Source of the DNA: Haliotis rubra
Lineage: Eukaryota
Assembly (NCBI RefSeq): GCF_003918875.1
Contig: NW_025767124.1
Span: 2,418,001-2,482,000 of the forward strand
Direction: 5' to 3'
Length of the DNA: 64,000 nt
In this document: positions 39,251-52,501 of the stretch, piece by piece
Numbering within the stretch: the stretch's first letter is position 1
How the letters are laid out: every line of letters begins with the position of its first letter
Position numbers and translations under genes: made by a program
Notes under the pieces: model-generated
Databases searched by the model: none
What the model saw: only the letters and a program-made list of their open reading frames with translations
Told to the model about the DNA's origin: nothing

Positions 39251-41316
39251 AACGCGTATCTAGCCACCGTGCGTGAATATTTGTCAACACGTTCTAAACC
39301 CAGCTTTGGTGGAGGTTTAAGTGGCATAATTCGTAGTTGAATGTAAGAATGTCTCACGAAAAGAATGGCACCAATATCTGACTTTCTCTTTCTAAAGAAT
39401 TGTTTCTGTACTGTCTGTGAAGTATCAGGGTTAGTCGACAGAATTTTAAAAAAACATGCATTACGAAAGTAACGCACATTACATTACGAAAGATTGAGAG
39501 ATCAGATACGTTTTCAAATTCAAGCATTCTTTCCTCTTCCGTATACAGAAAACTTCTTCAGCAAGTACAACCAATCGAAGATAGATGTACTGATTAATAT
39601 CAACTCGCCATTTTCATTAATATTTCTAGACAAGTCATATTTACATTACTCTTTACTTCCAGATGACGGTTCCAACTGATATACACCAATATCATGGAAT
39701 ACAAATAGGTTTTAAATATCAAAGCCTTCCCATCACTGAAAATTGTTTGATCATCGAGAGTTTTGTCAACATCTCAAACATTAGATACAAAGATTTCCCA
39801 TACCTACTGTATTCAGAAATCACTGAAAACATTTTGCCCATTGACGGTAAACGTTTATAAATAACTGGATCTTTAAAATATGTGTAATGTAAGGAAAAAA
39901 GCATTTGCTTCGTGAAAGTATTTAGAACGCTAAAAACAAAATATTCCCATTTATGAAATATTCGCTTTCATCGTTGAAAATATTTTTAGATATTGTTAAT
40001 AAACGCAATGAAAATATTTCCCTTTCGTTCTATGAACCAATCAAGAAATTAATAAACAAATAATATCATCACAATGAGTATATATAACTTGACGGGGACT
40101 TCGCGATAATATGAATGAAAACAGCAAATAACCGTATAAATTTTAGGTCTGGTTTGACTTTAAAACAACACTGCTTGAATGTATCACTGAGTATGACTGC
40201 ATTAGCAGCAAATTAAACTATTTAACAGTAAAAGCATTGTTTTCCGTTTGATCAACGATGGTATTATAATACAACGTTTGTTTACGTGTAGGGCGAACAT
40301 GAAGCCATGGTTCTGTCAAAGGGAGGTAACTGTAATGTAACTATATCGCTACCATTCGGGATCGCTCGTCTTATTCCGTTACCTACACAATACCGAAATA
40401 AAACGTACTGATGTTGCATATCACTGTTCGCCGATCCAACAGATGAGAAGATGTTTTAATGTTCAAAACAGACATTGATACCGGAAAAAGAATTATGGTT
40501 AAAAGAAAATAGACAAATAATTTGATATCGAGTAACATTTCGAGGGTCGCGACTGCTGCCGGATGGCGTTGCAAAATATGTAACGTGAACGATGGTACTA
40601 GCAGCTCTAGTATGGATTCCTGCAAATGCCGATCGGGATAACATATGGCAGTGTGGTCGGCCAGCTGCGGTTATTGTACACCCTCATCAGATCCTCATTT
40701 AACATCAGTTTTTCTCAGTCACCACATAGGGCTACAGATTGTCGTGTGGATAAATGTCTGCCAATGTCAGGCCTACCAAAGAAAACTTTCCCACTGTGCA
40801 GAAAAACGCAGAAAAGCCCACATTAATCGTGGAAATAGCAACATAAACATAATACCTCGCTACTGAAACAGTAAAAACGGCAACTTTAAATCGCTAACAC
40901 TGCATCATAAAACGCATTCGTCACCACTCGCCCCTTTCCCTAACCTCGCTATTCGGCTTGTCCCGAAATAACACGAGTCGGTCACGAATGCATAAAACGA
41001 GGAGCCCGCAACTTCGGTTTTGCGCATGCGCAAATGGAAGAGGAAGTCTCGACCACAGGCCCTCGTGTCTTTGCGAGGATTAAAGATTTTATAAATTATA
41101 TACAAAAATTTGAGATGACACCCGACTCGAAATGCTTCACAGTATAATACATTATAACAAGGCCGGACACTTGGGTGTACCCCACCCGACTAGCTTTGCC
41201 GATCGCGACGCTACCATCGCATGCAATCGATTAAAACTTAATGTAAACATAATCATGAATGATTGGCCTATCGAGCACCACTCATGACACCTACCAGTTC
41301 TTTATTGTTATTTCTG

Positions 41317-41689
41317 CAAGTCGATTGAAACCCGATTTTGACCCTCAATTAAACGATCTTGACAGAAATGGCTGACGATATATCCGCACAAAACGGGGGT
41401 GTGGTCGAAGCAAGTCCTCTGGTTGGTTGATGTTTGTTAAAGAGACATTTACAAATGATGCTTTCTGTTGAGAAGCCATAGCTGGAAAAAAAATGTTACA
41501 TTTCTTCCAAGTCAAGCAGTCGATGAAAGGAAAAAATTCCCGAGAATTTATAAAGAATGTGCAGATTTAGCAGCGTTGACCAACCAGAGGGCTTGCTTCG
41601 ACCACACACCCGTTTTGTGCGGATATATCGTCAGCCATTTATGTCAAGATCGTTTAGTTGTGGGTCAAAATCAGGTTTCAATCGACTTG
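41317..41689. mobile_element. Foldback MITE
   Basis: ~115-bp inverted arms CAAGTCGATTGAAAC... / ...GTTTCAATCGACTTG. Confidence 0.85.
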
Positions 41690-41697
41690 GATTGTTG

Positions 41698-41905
41698 CAG
41701 ACTAATGCTTAGTCTCTGAATATATAAGTTTATTATAATTCTGATGGTAACAAATAATCTCATATGAATTGAAAAAGAGTCCTATAGTGAGGCGGGAGAT
41801 TTATATTCAGAACCTGAGGAAATATTCACTTCATTTTGGGCTTTACCATTGCAGGAAGGGCAAAGGCAGAAAGCGAAATAATGTGTTCAGGAACTAGACA
41901 GACTA
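41698..41905. mobile_element. TAG...CTA element, diverged B1 copy
   Basis: AGACTAATGCTTAGTCT hairpin end; TSD 7/9 (GGATTGTTG/CGGTTGTTG). Confidence 0.75.
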
Positions 41906-42127
41906 CGGTTGTTGTTGTCCATGCTGAATCCCTTTATAAACTCATTTATAGTTACTTTCGATGGAAGACTTTTAATAAAGGGCGACCCGTAGTCAAGATT
42001 ACTGCCAAGAAGCAAAACGGAAAAGGAACACTCTAACCACTGCTGGATGTGAGTGAGTTTAGTTTTACGCCGCTTTTTGCAATATTCCAGCAATATCACG
42101 GCGGGGACACCAGACATGGGCTTCAAG

Positions 42128-42400
42128 GAGGTGAGGTGAGGTGAAATTGGGTTTTACGTCGTGCTTGAGAATATTTCGCTCATATGACGACGTGCTGCTT
42201 GTACTAGCCCAGACTTAAGCTGGTTTTATAGTGCTAGCCCACTGAGATACCATGCCGCAGTGAAGCATGAATACCCCACTCAGACACATTATACTGACTC
42301 TGAGCCGACCAGTCCTTGTTGTACCCATTAATGCCGAGCGCCAGGCAGGGACCAACAAGTACCATATTTTAACGTCTTTTGGTATGACGCGGTCGGGGAT
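42128..42400 (-). mobile_element. SINE family C, 5'-truncated
   Basis: Near identity with the 45314 copy; GGCTTCAAGGAGG duplicated on both flanks; abuts a SINE-A 3' half (42049-42124). Confidence 0.85.
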
Positions 42401-42959
42401 GGCTTCAAGGAGGTGAGGCCAGTCACATCTGACAAATTTACACTTATCACCCACTGAAATACAATGTTCTGATAGCGTGTGATTTACCAGCCTTATGAGA
42501 GGGGACAGATATCAAGACATCCACGAACAGTTTCGTAACAGCTGAGCTCGGTGGAGCTCTGGAAAACACAATAGCAGGTGTTGAGATGAACACACGGAAT
42601 TCCACTGTATCTGTTGTGTAGCTGCGTGCCCTCACAGCTGCCACGTATCGACGTCAGATCTGCTGTATTGAAGTAACACTGACAAAATACGCGAGTTTTT
42701 CTTGACATGATGTAGATTTATATCCATTGTCATAAAACATCAGGTTCCCAGGATGTCATTTTTTAAGTGTTGCACACTTTCACGATCCTGCCAACAAGAT
42801 ATCGCGCCCGTAATTGTCACTCGTGGAGCACGTACAGTGACATGTATGACGTTTACGGACGCCACAGCTTCAGTCAGTGCAGAATCCACCTTTACGTTCG
42901 CTGATGTTTGTTTGTTTGTTTTTTTGTTTATTGAACGCCTTACTCGGCAATATTCCAGA

Positions 42960-43484
42960 TATAGTCTGTGAAAGTGAAAACGTACCGATGAATTTCACTT
43001 AAAACAAAAACGTAAATCAAATAAAGTGAAATTAGAAATGCGAATCCTCATGATTATACCTTGACAATTGAACATTTAAATCTCAGAATTTTATTCAACT
43101 TAGGATAAAAGTTGTTTAACAAACGATCATAGTTTCAAATTGCTATTATTGGTTTGTATTACAAGGGGGTATGCACATTAAATGAAACACCGAGAACAAG
43201 TAGGGCTGGTCTAAGTTAACGCTCATCACGTACTGCACGTGCATTTGTATCACTGTTCCAATTACTGCGTGTACTCCCTTGTAATACAAACCAATAATAG
43301 CGATTTGAATCTATGATCGTCTGTTAAACAATTTTTATCATAAGTTGAATAAAATTCTGAAATTTAAATGTTTAATTGGCAAGGTAAAATTATGAGGATT
43401 CGCAATCTTAATTTCACTTTATTTGATTTACTTTTTTGTTTAAAGTGAAATGCATCGGTACGTTTTCACTGCAAACAGACTATA
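42960..43484. mobile_element. Long foldback MITE inserted in a SINE-like element
   Basis: ~220-bp inverted arms with TA-TAGTCTGT...ACAGACTA-TA ends, splitting the family-D repeat at 42906-43677. Confidence 0.88.
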
Positions 43485-44407
43485 AGTGGCCGGCGGTCTG
43501 TAAATAAGCGAGTTTGGACCAGACAATCCATTGATCAACATCATGAGCCTCGATCTAGGCAACTGGGATACGATGACATGTTTACCACGTAAGCAAGCCT
43601 GACCGCCCGATTCCGTTACTCTCCTCTTATGACAAGTATAGGTTGCTGAAGATCAGTGCTAACACGGATCTTCACGTACGCTGAAGTAATAGATTCCATC
43701 GATTCAAAAATAAATGTCACAATTTCATATGGCTAAAAAATAATTTGACCTGATTTATTCCAAATGGAAATGAGGATGACGATTTAATACACATGATAAT
43801 TGATAATTACCGGGCGCTTGACAACACAAACAACTTTTTTCTTAAAACATATTTGTAGAAATATTTATTTTGATAAAACGAAAGATATCCTCATGCAGTG
43901 AATATGCAAGAAATACACAAACCACAGACTATACTGCTAGTTAAATGCAGGCTTTGCATATTTAAGAGCCGCTTCTATTAATAAGTTTCCTTTGTTGAGT
44001 TCATGGGTTTGTCTGATATATGGTATGTTGGGCAAATGTCGTCCATGCCACGCATTCTGACAGAAATATGAAAACGATAAATTTATGTAGGTGTTCTTCG
44101 TTGTGTTATCGGAACCCAACAAAAACGCAAATTGTATTTTGAAAGAAAAGATGCGCTTGTAAAATCACGACAGACTTCGGAAATCGAGTTCAAGGTTAAT
44201 TTTGATATACATCGGCAAGACTGCAGCAGCTTCTCTAAACTGACTTTAGTTCCAGAGTGAAAGTTTCCATTTTAAAGATAAAACATATAAATTATCTACT
44301 AAACAAATCCAAATGAAGCTCAGAACAATCTTTTTTCCTGGAGCCGAGGCAATCTAGACAAATCATTCAATACTATTTGAGTTATTGACTACAACCTCTC
44401 AGCAGAA

Positions 44408-44568
44408 GGGGGCGATAGGGTAGCCTAATGGTTAAAGCGTCCGCTCATCACGCTGAAGATCCGGGTTCGATCTCCTACGTGGTTACGATGAGGCCCATTT
44501 CTGGTGACCCCTTCCTAGATATTGCTGGAACATTGCCAAAATGCGGCGTAAAACTCATTCACCAACTC
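44408..44568 (+). mobile_element. SINE family A (diverged)
   Basis: A/B boxes and body. Confidence 0.8.
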
Positions 44569-45313
44569 AGCGGAACGGGAATGACCACGTCTGACAAACA
44601 TCTCCACAAAATAGAAGACAGAAAGTAAATATGCAGCCATGATTGTTGTACCAAATATGGGTCTTAATACTGAGATATTGTTCTATGCTGGCGCTCGGCA
44701 TTTAATGGGTACAACAAGGACTGGTTGGCTCGGAGTCGGTATAATGTGTCTTAGTGGGGCATTAGCAATATAAGACCAGCTTAAGTCTGGGCTAGTACAA
44801 ATAGACACACATACACATGCATGCACGTCGTCATATGTGCAAAATATTCTTAAGTACGTTGAGCGCATTTCACCTCACCTCACCTTGTTCTGTGCAGGAA
44901 CTATGTGTACACCGTTATAGTAAATAGGTTTCGATTGATGTATGCCTTGCAGTATAGTGCCTGCTTTGTCTCAGGCTGACACAGTATGTCTTCATTATGT
45001 AATTCAACTTATTTATATCATTTTTAATATCTACAAATTATTCACAGACTCTGTGAAATGTGGTCAAGAGACGCAGAAGCAGAAATATCTGTTACACGGA
45101 AGGAAACGTCGTTCACGGGCGGAGCACGATCTGGGAACGTGTCTTCCGCCGTTGTAATATAGGTCCTTGGGAAAGTCGTCCCGCCGTATTTAGATGTACC
45201 CAGTCGCCTGATCCCACTCACTGTTGTCCCATACAGTCTCCGTGACACTTTGTCCACTGTATCCCTACCGTTATACGATAATAAGAGAATGTAGATCTGT
45301 CAGACGTCTATAA

Positions 45314-45661
45314 GGTGAGGTCAAATTGTGTTTTAACGTCGTGCTTGAGAATATTTCGCTCATATGACGACGTGCAAGCGTGTGTATGTGTATGTGCGGC
45401 TGCTTGTACTAGCCCAGACTGAAGCTGGTTTTATAGTGCTAGCCCACTGAGATACCATGCCGCAGTGAAGCATGAATACCCCACTCAGACACATTATACT
45501 GATTCCGAGCCGACCAGTCCTTGTTGTACCCATTAATGCCGAGCGCCAGGCAGGGACCAACAAGTACCATATTTTAACGTATTTTGACGCGGTCGGGGAT
45601 CGAACCCGCGACCTTCCGCTCCTCCGGCGGACGCTCTAACCACTACACCACGGAGGCGGTC
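45314..45661 (-). mobile_element. tRNA-derived SINE family C (V-domain-like), (CACCT)n tail
   Basis: A box TGGTGTAGTGG, B box GGTTCGATCCC, central CCCTGCCTGGCGCTCGGCATTAA; TSD CAGACGTCTATAA. Other copies at 42128-42400 (-) and ~44685-44885 (+). Confidence 0.85.
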
Positions 45662-45751
45662 AGACGTCTATAAATAGTCCAGGAAGACCAGTGGTTGATA
45701 ACATGACCCCCAACCACCCCTGACTGAGTATGGTGACACACATCAGCTGCT

Positions 45752-48357
45752 GTGAGTGAGTGAGTTTGGTTTTACGCCGCTTTTAGCAATATTCCAGCAA
45801 TATCACGACTGGGAACACCATAAATGAGCTTCACACATTGTACCTATGTCTGGAATCGAACCCGGGTCTCAAGTCAAAACATTGATTACACAACAGTCTT
45901 GTTTCGTGCTGGCTGGGTTTCGTCCTATTGCGCAACTTAGTACAATAACCAGTCCAGAATTTTGAGACCAATTCATTCAACTGGATTTATAAGCATTAAT
46001 CAGTATTATCTGATACATCTAAGCACTTGTGTATTGCAACACTGCGCCCCCTTCTAATCCTTGCAAACGGAAATCAGGAAATCGTGGAAATCTCAAAACG
46101 AGGCTCGGCCGCTAGAAAAGTTTGGCGGTCTGGTACTGACTTGATATTATATCAATCACACTGTGCGTTAAAAAAAGACACCGAATAAGCGCAAAGAACA
46201 CATAACAGGTGTAACCAGTAAGCCAGATAAATTGTGAAACATTTTACAACCTCATCAAACAGGGGCAGTCTGTGACGTCTTAGTGAAGGCAATAAAATAT
46301 AGAAATACGATTTTATTAAAGTTTAAAATTGAAATTCATTTGTAAATACCAATTTCTTATGAAACAAGGAATTGGAACTCAGGGTAACCATAATTGTTTG
46401 TAGTGTCTCTTTCCATTTTCACACGAGAAAATTCGGATCGGCTGAAAAGTAGGTCATTGTCTGAATTGGTTAATCAGAGTCATGTTTCGGTTTGCGGCGT
46501 GACGAGCGAACGCTTTAACCACTAGGCTACTCCGCCGCTCCCATCCGCAGTTGTGACTACCCTTCTATTCTGGGGTGCTGCCAACAAGCAATGATTGATG
46601 TCGTCCTATTCAGTATGATAAAGGGGTAGCGGCGGGGTAGCCTAATAGTTAAAGCGTTCGCTTGACACCGAGCACCCATGTTCGATTCCCCACATGGGTA
46701 CAATGTGTGAAGCCCATTTCTGGGGTCCCCCGCTGTGATATTACTGGCCTGTTGCTCAAAGGAGCATAAGACCATACTCCCTCAGTATGTCATAATAAAG
46801 GGGGATAATTAACAGGAAGCTGCGTCATAATATAGCAATATTAGAGGCCTGAAACTAACTACAGATGGCGTTGTTGTTGTTGTATTGTGTTACACTCCGG
46901 TATTGTATTAATTAATCCGAATTATACACGTTAACATGAAGCCGAACATTACATTTTAGAATGTATAATTGTAAAAATGTAAAATTACTATTACAAGAAA
47001 TCCGAATTTTATACGTTTAATTACATGTACCAGAATTTTACGTTTTTTTAATAGGTGAGTGAGTGAGTTTGGTTTTACGCCGCTTTTAGCAATATTCCAG
47101 CAATATCACGACTGGGAACACCATAAATAGGCTTTACACATTGTACCTATGTCTGGAATCGAACCCGGGTCTCAAGTCAAAACATTGATTACACAACAGT
47201 CTTGTTTCGTGCTGGCTGGGTTTCGTCCTATTGCGCAACTTAGTACAATAACCAGTCCAGAATTTTGAGACCAATTCATTCAACTGGATTTATAAGCATT
47301 AATCAGTATTATCTGATACATCTAAGCACTTGTGTATTGCAACACTGCGCCCCTTCTAATCCTTGCAAACGGAAATCAGGAAATCGTGGAAATCTCAAAA
47401 CGAGGCTCGGCCGCTAGAAAAGTTTGGCGGTCTGGTACTGACTTGATATTATATCAATCACACTGTGCGTTAAAAAAAGACACCGAATAAGCGCAAAGAA
47501 CACATAACAGGTGTAACCAGTAAGCCAGATAAATTGTGAAACATTTTACAACCTCATCAAACAGGGGCAGTCTGTGACGTCTTAGTGAAGGCAATAAAAT
47601 ATAGAAATACGATTTTATTAAAGTTTAAAATTGAAATTCATTTGTAAATACCAATTTCTTATGAAACAAGGAATTGGAACTCAGTGTAACCATAATTGTT
47701 TGTAGTGTCTCTTTCCATTTTCACACGAGAAAATTCGGATCGGATGAAAAGTAGGTCATTGTCTGAATTGGTTAATCAGAGTCATGTTTCGGTTTGCGGC
47801 GTGACGAGCGAACGCTTTAACCACTAGGCTACTCCGCCGCTCCCATCCGCAGTTGTGACTACCCTTCTATTCTGGGGTGCTGCCAACAAGCAATGATTGA
47901 TGTCGTCCTATTCAGTATGATAAAGGGGTAGCGGCGGGGTAGCCTAATAGTTAAAGCGTTCGCTAGACACCGAGCACCCATGTTCGATTCCCCACATGGG
48001 TACAATGTGTGAAGCCCATTTCTGGGGTCCCCCGCTGTGATATTACTGGCCTGTTGCTCAAAGGAGCATAAGACCATACTCACTCAGTATGTCATAATAA
48101 AGGGGGATAATTAACAGGAAGCTGTGTCTTAATAAAGCAATATTAGAGGCCTGAAACTAACACCAGATGGCGTTGTTGTTGTTGTATTGTGTTACACTCC
48201 GGTATTGTATTAATTAATCCGAATTATACACGTTAACATGAAGCCGAACATTACATTTTTAGAATGTATAATTGTAAAAATGTAAAATTACTATTACAAG
48301 AAATCCGAATTTTATACGTTTAATTACATGTACGAGAATTTTACGTTTTTTTAATAG
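45752..48357. repeat. ~1.3-kb direct tandem duplication
   Basis: 45752-47055 and 47056-48357 are nearly identical; each begins with a SINE-A tail. Confidence 0.95.
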
Positions 48358-48522
48358 GTGAGTGAGTGAGTTTGGTTTTACGCCGCTTTTAGCAATATTC
48401 CAACAATATCACAGCGGGGAACACCAGAAATAGGCTTTACACATTGTACCCATGTGAGGAATCGAACCCGGGTCTTCGGCGTGACGAACGAACACGTTAA
48501 CCACTAGGCTCCCCACCGCCCC
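48358..48522 (-). mobile_element. SINE family A at right edge of the tandem duplication
   Basis: Full length; short AATAGG duplication on both flanks. Confidence 0.88.
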
Positions 48523-49263
48523 TTTTAGAATAGGGAATAAATGTCAAATAAAAAATTACTTGAAATCAGAACTTTGAACAACATTCATAGACGATGCTGT
48601 GTGTGAATAGTTGATAAATTCGCATTCAGGGGTCGAATCGTGGAGCAGTGATGAAGAAAACTTGTTGGAGGTATTAATTATATTAACTATTACTTATATT
48701 AGTGTGTCCCCACTTAAGTACCCTTTACTATAGTGTCAGGAGCCGACGGTCTACGAATATTAAGAATTACCCAAGAAACGTTGGAAAAGGGGCCCGTGTT
48801 TGCTGTTCGTTAGAAATATCGCTACTTTAGGTGTTGTTTTCAGCCGCACCCAACACTATCCTACAATTTTGTGTACAAATCAATTCTCGAACAAAATTTT
48901 CAAACTATTGTGAACTCTTTGAAAGGCACTGTAATGACTATGAATGCCATATAATTCTACATTGTGAACAGTATATGTATACAACATAAATCAGGTCTTT
49001 TCGGAACTTTTAGGTCTTTTTCATGTCAACGTGTCTGTACAAATGGAATTACTGCCAGAAGATGAAATGCTGTCTCTCTGTTCTGGAGGTGAAATACGGG
49101 TTACTGAGCACATAGATGAAATATCAGTTAGATGGAGGGATGTATTCCATGGTATCGTCACTCAAGTGTGTATATTAGATCTTTCCTTGCCTTAGCTCTG
49201 TGCATGTGTGTACCCGCCTTATGAATATTTGATGTATGTATGTATATGATCTTGGGATTGAAG

Positions 49264-49666
49264 NNNNNNNNNNNNNNNNNNNNNNNNNNNNNNNNNNNNN
49301 NNNNNNNNNNNNNNNNNNNNNNNNNNNNNNNNNNNNNNNNNNNNNNNNNNNNNNNNNNNNNNNNNNNNNNNNNNNNNNNNNNNNNNNNNNNNNNNNNNNN
49401 NNNNNNNNNNNNNNNNNNNNNNNNNNNNNNNNNNNNNNNNNNNNNNNNNNNNNNNNNNNNNNNNNNNNNNNNNNNNNNNNNNNNNNNNNNNNNNNNNNNN
49501 NNNNNNNNNNNNNNNNNNNNNNNNNNNNNNNNNNNNNNNNNNNNNNNNNNNNNNNNNNNNNNNNNNNNNNNNNNNNNNNNNNNNNNNNNNNNNNNNNNNN
49601 NNNNNNNNNNNNNNNNNNNNNNNNNNNNNNNNNNNNNNNNNNNNNNNNNNNNNNNNNNNNNNNNNN
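49264..49666. other. Assembly gap
   Basis: Run of N. Confidence 1.
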
Positions 49667-50086
49667 ACTCGTCTCTTTCGTCAAGCATTGTAGTGTTAAG
49701 AACGTTTTCGTTATCCAAGGCTCAGATTCAGGCAATTGTCCCCAGTACTCAGTGTTAAATGCGGAGTATAAGAGCATGCACACACGTTTGGTCATTCCTC
49801 TAGTCTGTAGTCTGTAGTCTTTCAACATCCAGAAGCCATCACACACTAGCCTTCCGCAACAACGGAGTCGGGTTCGTGTGATGCCGGGAAAGAGTAAGCC
49901 ACTAGACACTGGGCTATAGGTTAACAGTGTCCACATGTTGAAACACTACTACAGCTAAGATCTCACTCAAGCAAACTGTGCATTATACCAGACACAGCAT
50001 AGGTAGTGCCACACCCGAAAACCGGTGTATTACGTGTCCATTAGCTTCAGTGAACACTCTGGATTCGCTTCGTCTAAAATTACCGT

Positions 50087-51279
50087 TACTGAACAGCAAA
50101 AGAAACGCAAGTCTGGCTTTTTGTCAAATGTTTGAATAGAAGACAACCAAAATTATGTCTAATCATTTATTCTATAGAAAACACTGTCAATTTAACAGCT
50201 AAAAGTTGCTGTTGACATTGAATTGCAATAAGTTCAAATTGATCACAGTCCGTCAAATGGAGATACCCCTGAACGCGAAAAGTGACAGTCTCTTTAGTAG
50301 CGCGTATAGCCACCTTGAGCTTGCACACAGGCCGTGCAACGTGGCCTCATTGAGTTCACTAGAGTCTGAAAGAATGCCTGAGGCAATTGGTTCCGCTCAA
50401 ACACCAATCTCTATTCCAATTGTGCAAGTGTGAGTGGCTGTCTACCTGCACCAATCCTCCGTCCAATTTCGTCCCAGAATGTTCAATGGGAGCCATATCT
50501 GGGAAAGAGATGGCCATGGAAAAATGTTAATGTTGTTCTGAGCCAGATAATCTATCGACACCCTTGCTGTATGAGGGCTGCAAACGTCGCTGGCGTTGTT
50601 GACGTGCCAAAATTGGCCACACATATGGCCTTCGGCAGTGGATTCCAGCAGCCCGAAGACGACGCCTAATCGTATCGCTGGACACTGCTCCCCTTGACCC
50701 AAGAACTAAGGCTGCTGTTACTGTTGCTGCTTGAGTTCGGTTCCTTAGATGAGTGACCCGGATGAACCGATCTTGCGTATGAGTTGTCACTCGTTGCCGT
50801 CCGGTACGGGGACGATCAGCAGCAACCCCGGTTTGCTGATGACGTTGAGCAAGTCGTGTAATGGTGGTAAGATGACAGCCCAATTGTCTAGCTACAGCGG
50901 TTGCAGAGCTACCTCCGTGCAACTTTCCAATGGTCATTCCCCTCTGCTCAGTCGTTAGTCTAGGCATCGTTTGTGTGGCGTGTACACCTCCTAGCGTCAA
51001 TACTGAACTGTTTTTTCACACAAACCTTTATAAAGGATACCTCAGAGTGAAATGCATGCTTTCCATCCAGAACCGTCGATGCACGTGCTAAAATTATGGT
51101 TTTGCTGCACTGTTGGTGTGTTTGTGCGAATGGTTCGTATGGACGTCAAATTGCATGACATCATCTCATCTGGGATCATTACGTCACTTTACCATGAACG
51201 TTCCATAAATCATGAACGCTTACCTTCATGAAGGTTTCATTTTTCGGTCGAAACTTGCGTTTCTTTTAGCTGTTCAGTA
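50087..51279 (-). mobile_element. Internally deleted Tc1-like transposon
   Basis: TIRs TACTGAACAGC(T)AAAAGAAACGCAAGT at both ends. Transposase 50967-50294 (MPRLTTEQRG...RPRTGRQRVTT...GGYTRY*) jumps from RQRRLQ directly to PHTARV, so both catalytic Asp motifs are missing. Confidence 0.92.
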
Positions 51280-51594
51280 TAGTTGATCCGTAGGGTAAAT
51301 CTACGGATACTCGTAAATATCGGTATTATCGTCACAGCGCCATAATGATGGCGATATTGTCATTGTTATGATTAATTGTATCTGTAAGATGTTATCAGCA
51401 TCATCATCATAGTCGGTTAAACAATGGTTAGACTTGCTGATAGGCGTAATGCTATATGATACATACCGGTTAAATTAGAAGGTGAAAACATATTTAAATA
51501 TTCTTTAAATATTTTTTTTCTTTTCTGGTAAGTAATTTATTGAAAAGAAAACGAGTATGTTTTTGTGCTGTTGTACTACCATTCCGCTTGACAG

Positions 51595-51707
51595 ACTGCG
51601 CCTTCGACAACAGGAACCACACCACTGACACACCACCAGAGACGACGCTGCCAACTACTGTCAAAGACACCGTCGAAGACATCGTCAAAGAACTTATTGA
51701 GCGATAA
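51595..51707 (+). other. Orphan terminal-exon-like segment
   Basis: Acceptor ttccgcttgaCAG|, phase 1, CAFDNRNHTTDTPPETTLPTTVKDTVEDIVKELIER*. Confidence 0.3.
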
Positions 51708-51754
51708 GTGTAGAAGACTTTGCTTCCACTTCACTACACTCGGTTCTAGTATGT

Positions 51755-52501
51755 CTGCGTCCGCTCGTCACGCTGAAGATCTGGGTTCGATTCCCCGCAT
51801 GGGTACAACCCCAAGCCCATTTCTGGTGTTCCCCGCTGTAATATTGCTGGAATATTGCTGAAAGTGGCGTAAAACCATACTCACTCTAGTATGTCTATTG
51901 TTTTTCGCCACGCTCGGTGATATTCCAGCCGTACACAATGGAGCCCGAACCAGACAATGCGGTGATCAGTACTGGTAGCCTTGTGTTTAAAGCCTCGTCC
52001 GTGACGCCGTGTTTCATTCCCCATGAGTGTACGTGGGAGGTGGGGGTAGCCAAGTGGGTAAAGCGTTCGCTCGTCACGCCGAAGACCCTGGTTGTATTTC
52101 CCACATGGGCGCAAAGAGTGAAACCCATTTCTGGTGTTCCCCACCGTAATATTGCCGGAATAATGCTAAAAGCGGCGTTAAACTAGATTCACTCACTCAC
52201 CCATGTGGGTAAAATGTGTGAAGACCTTTTCTGGTATCCCCCCGCTGATATTGCTGGGATATTGCTATATGCGGCGTAAAACCATATTCACTCACTGACA
52301 CCGCCCACCATAGGTTGCCGGGAACACTGACTGACTGACTGACTAGGAGTTTGGTTTTACGCCGCTTTTAGCAATATTCCAGCAACATCACGGCGGGGGA
52401 CACCAGAAAATGGGCTTCACACATTGTACCCTGTGGGGATTCGAACCCGGGTTTTCGGCGTGACGAGCCAACGCTTTAACCACTAGGCTACCCCACCGCC
52501 C
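51755..52501. mobile_element. Cluster of four SINE-A copies (three +, one -)
   Basis: Copies at ~51755-51885 (TSD TCTAGTATGTCT), 52038-52200, 52200-52296 (3' half) and 52347-52501 (- strand, TSD TTGCCGGGAACA). Confidence 0.85.

Noticed and set aside
37569-39290. 573/527/448-aa ORFs
   Set aside because: All three frames of a 32-bp satellite; the unit length is not a multiple of 3 and no domain is recognisable.
46557-48083. Duplicated 72/74-aa ORFs
   Set aside because: Antisense translations of SINE-A within the tandem duplication.
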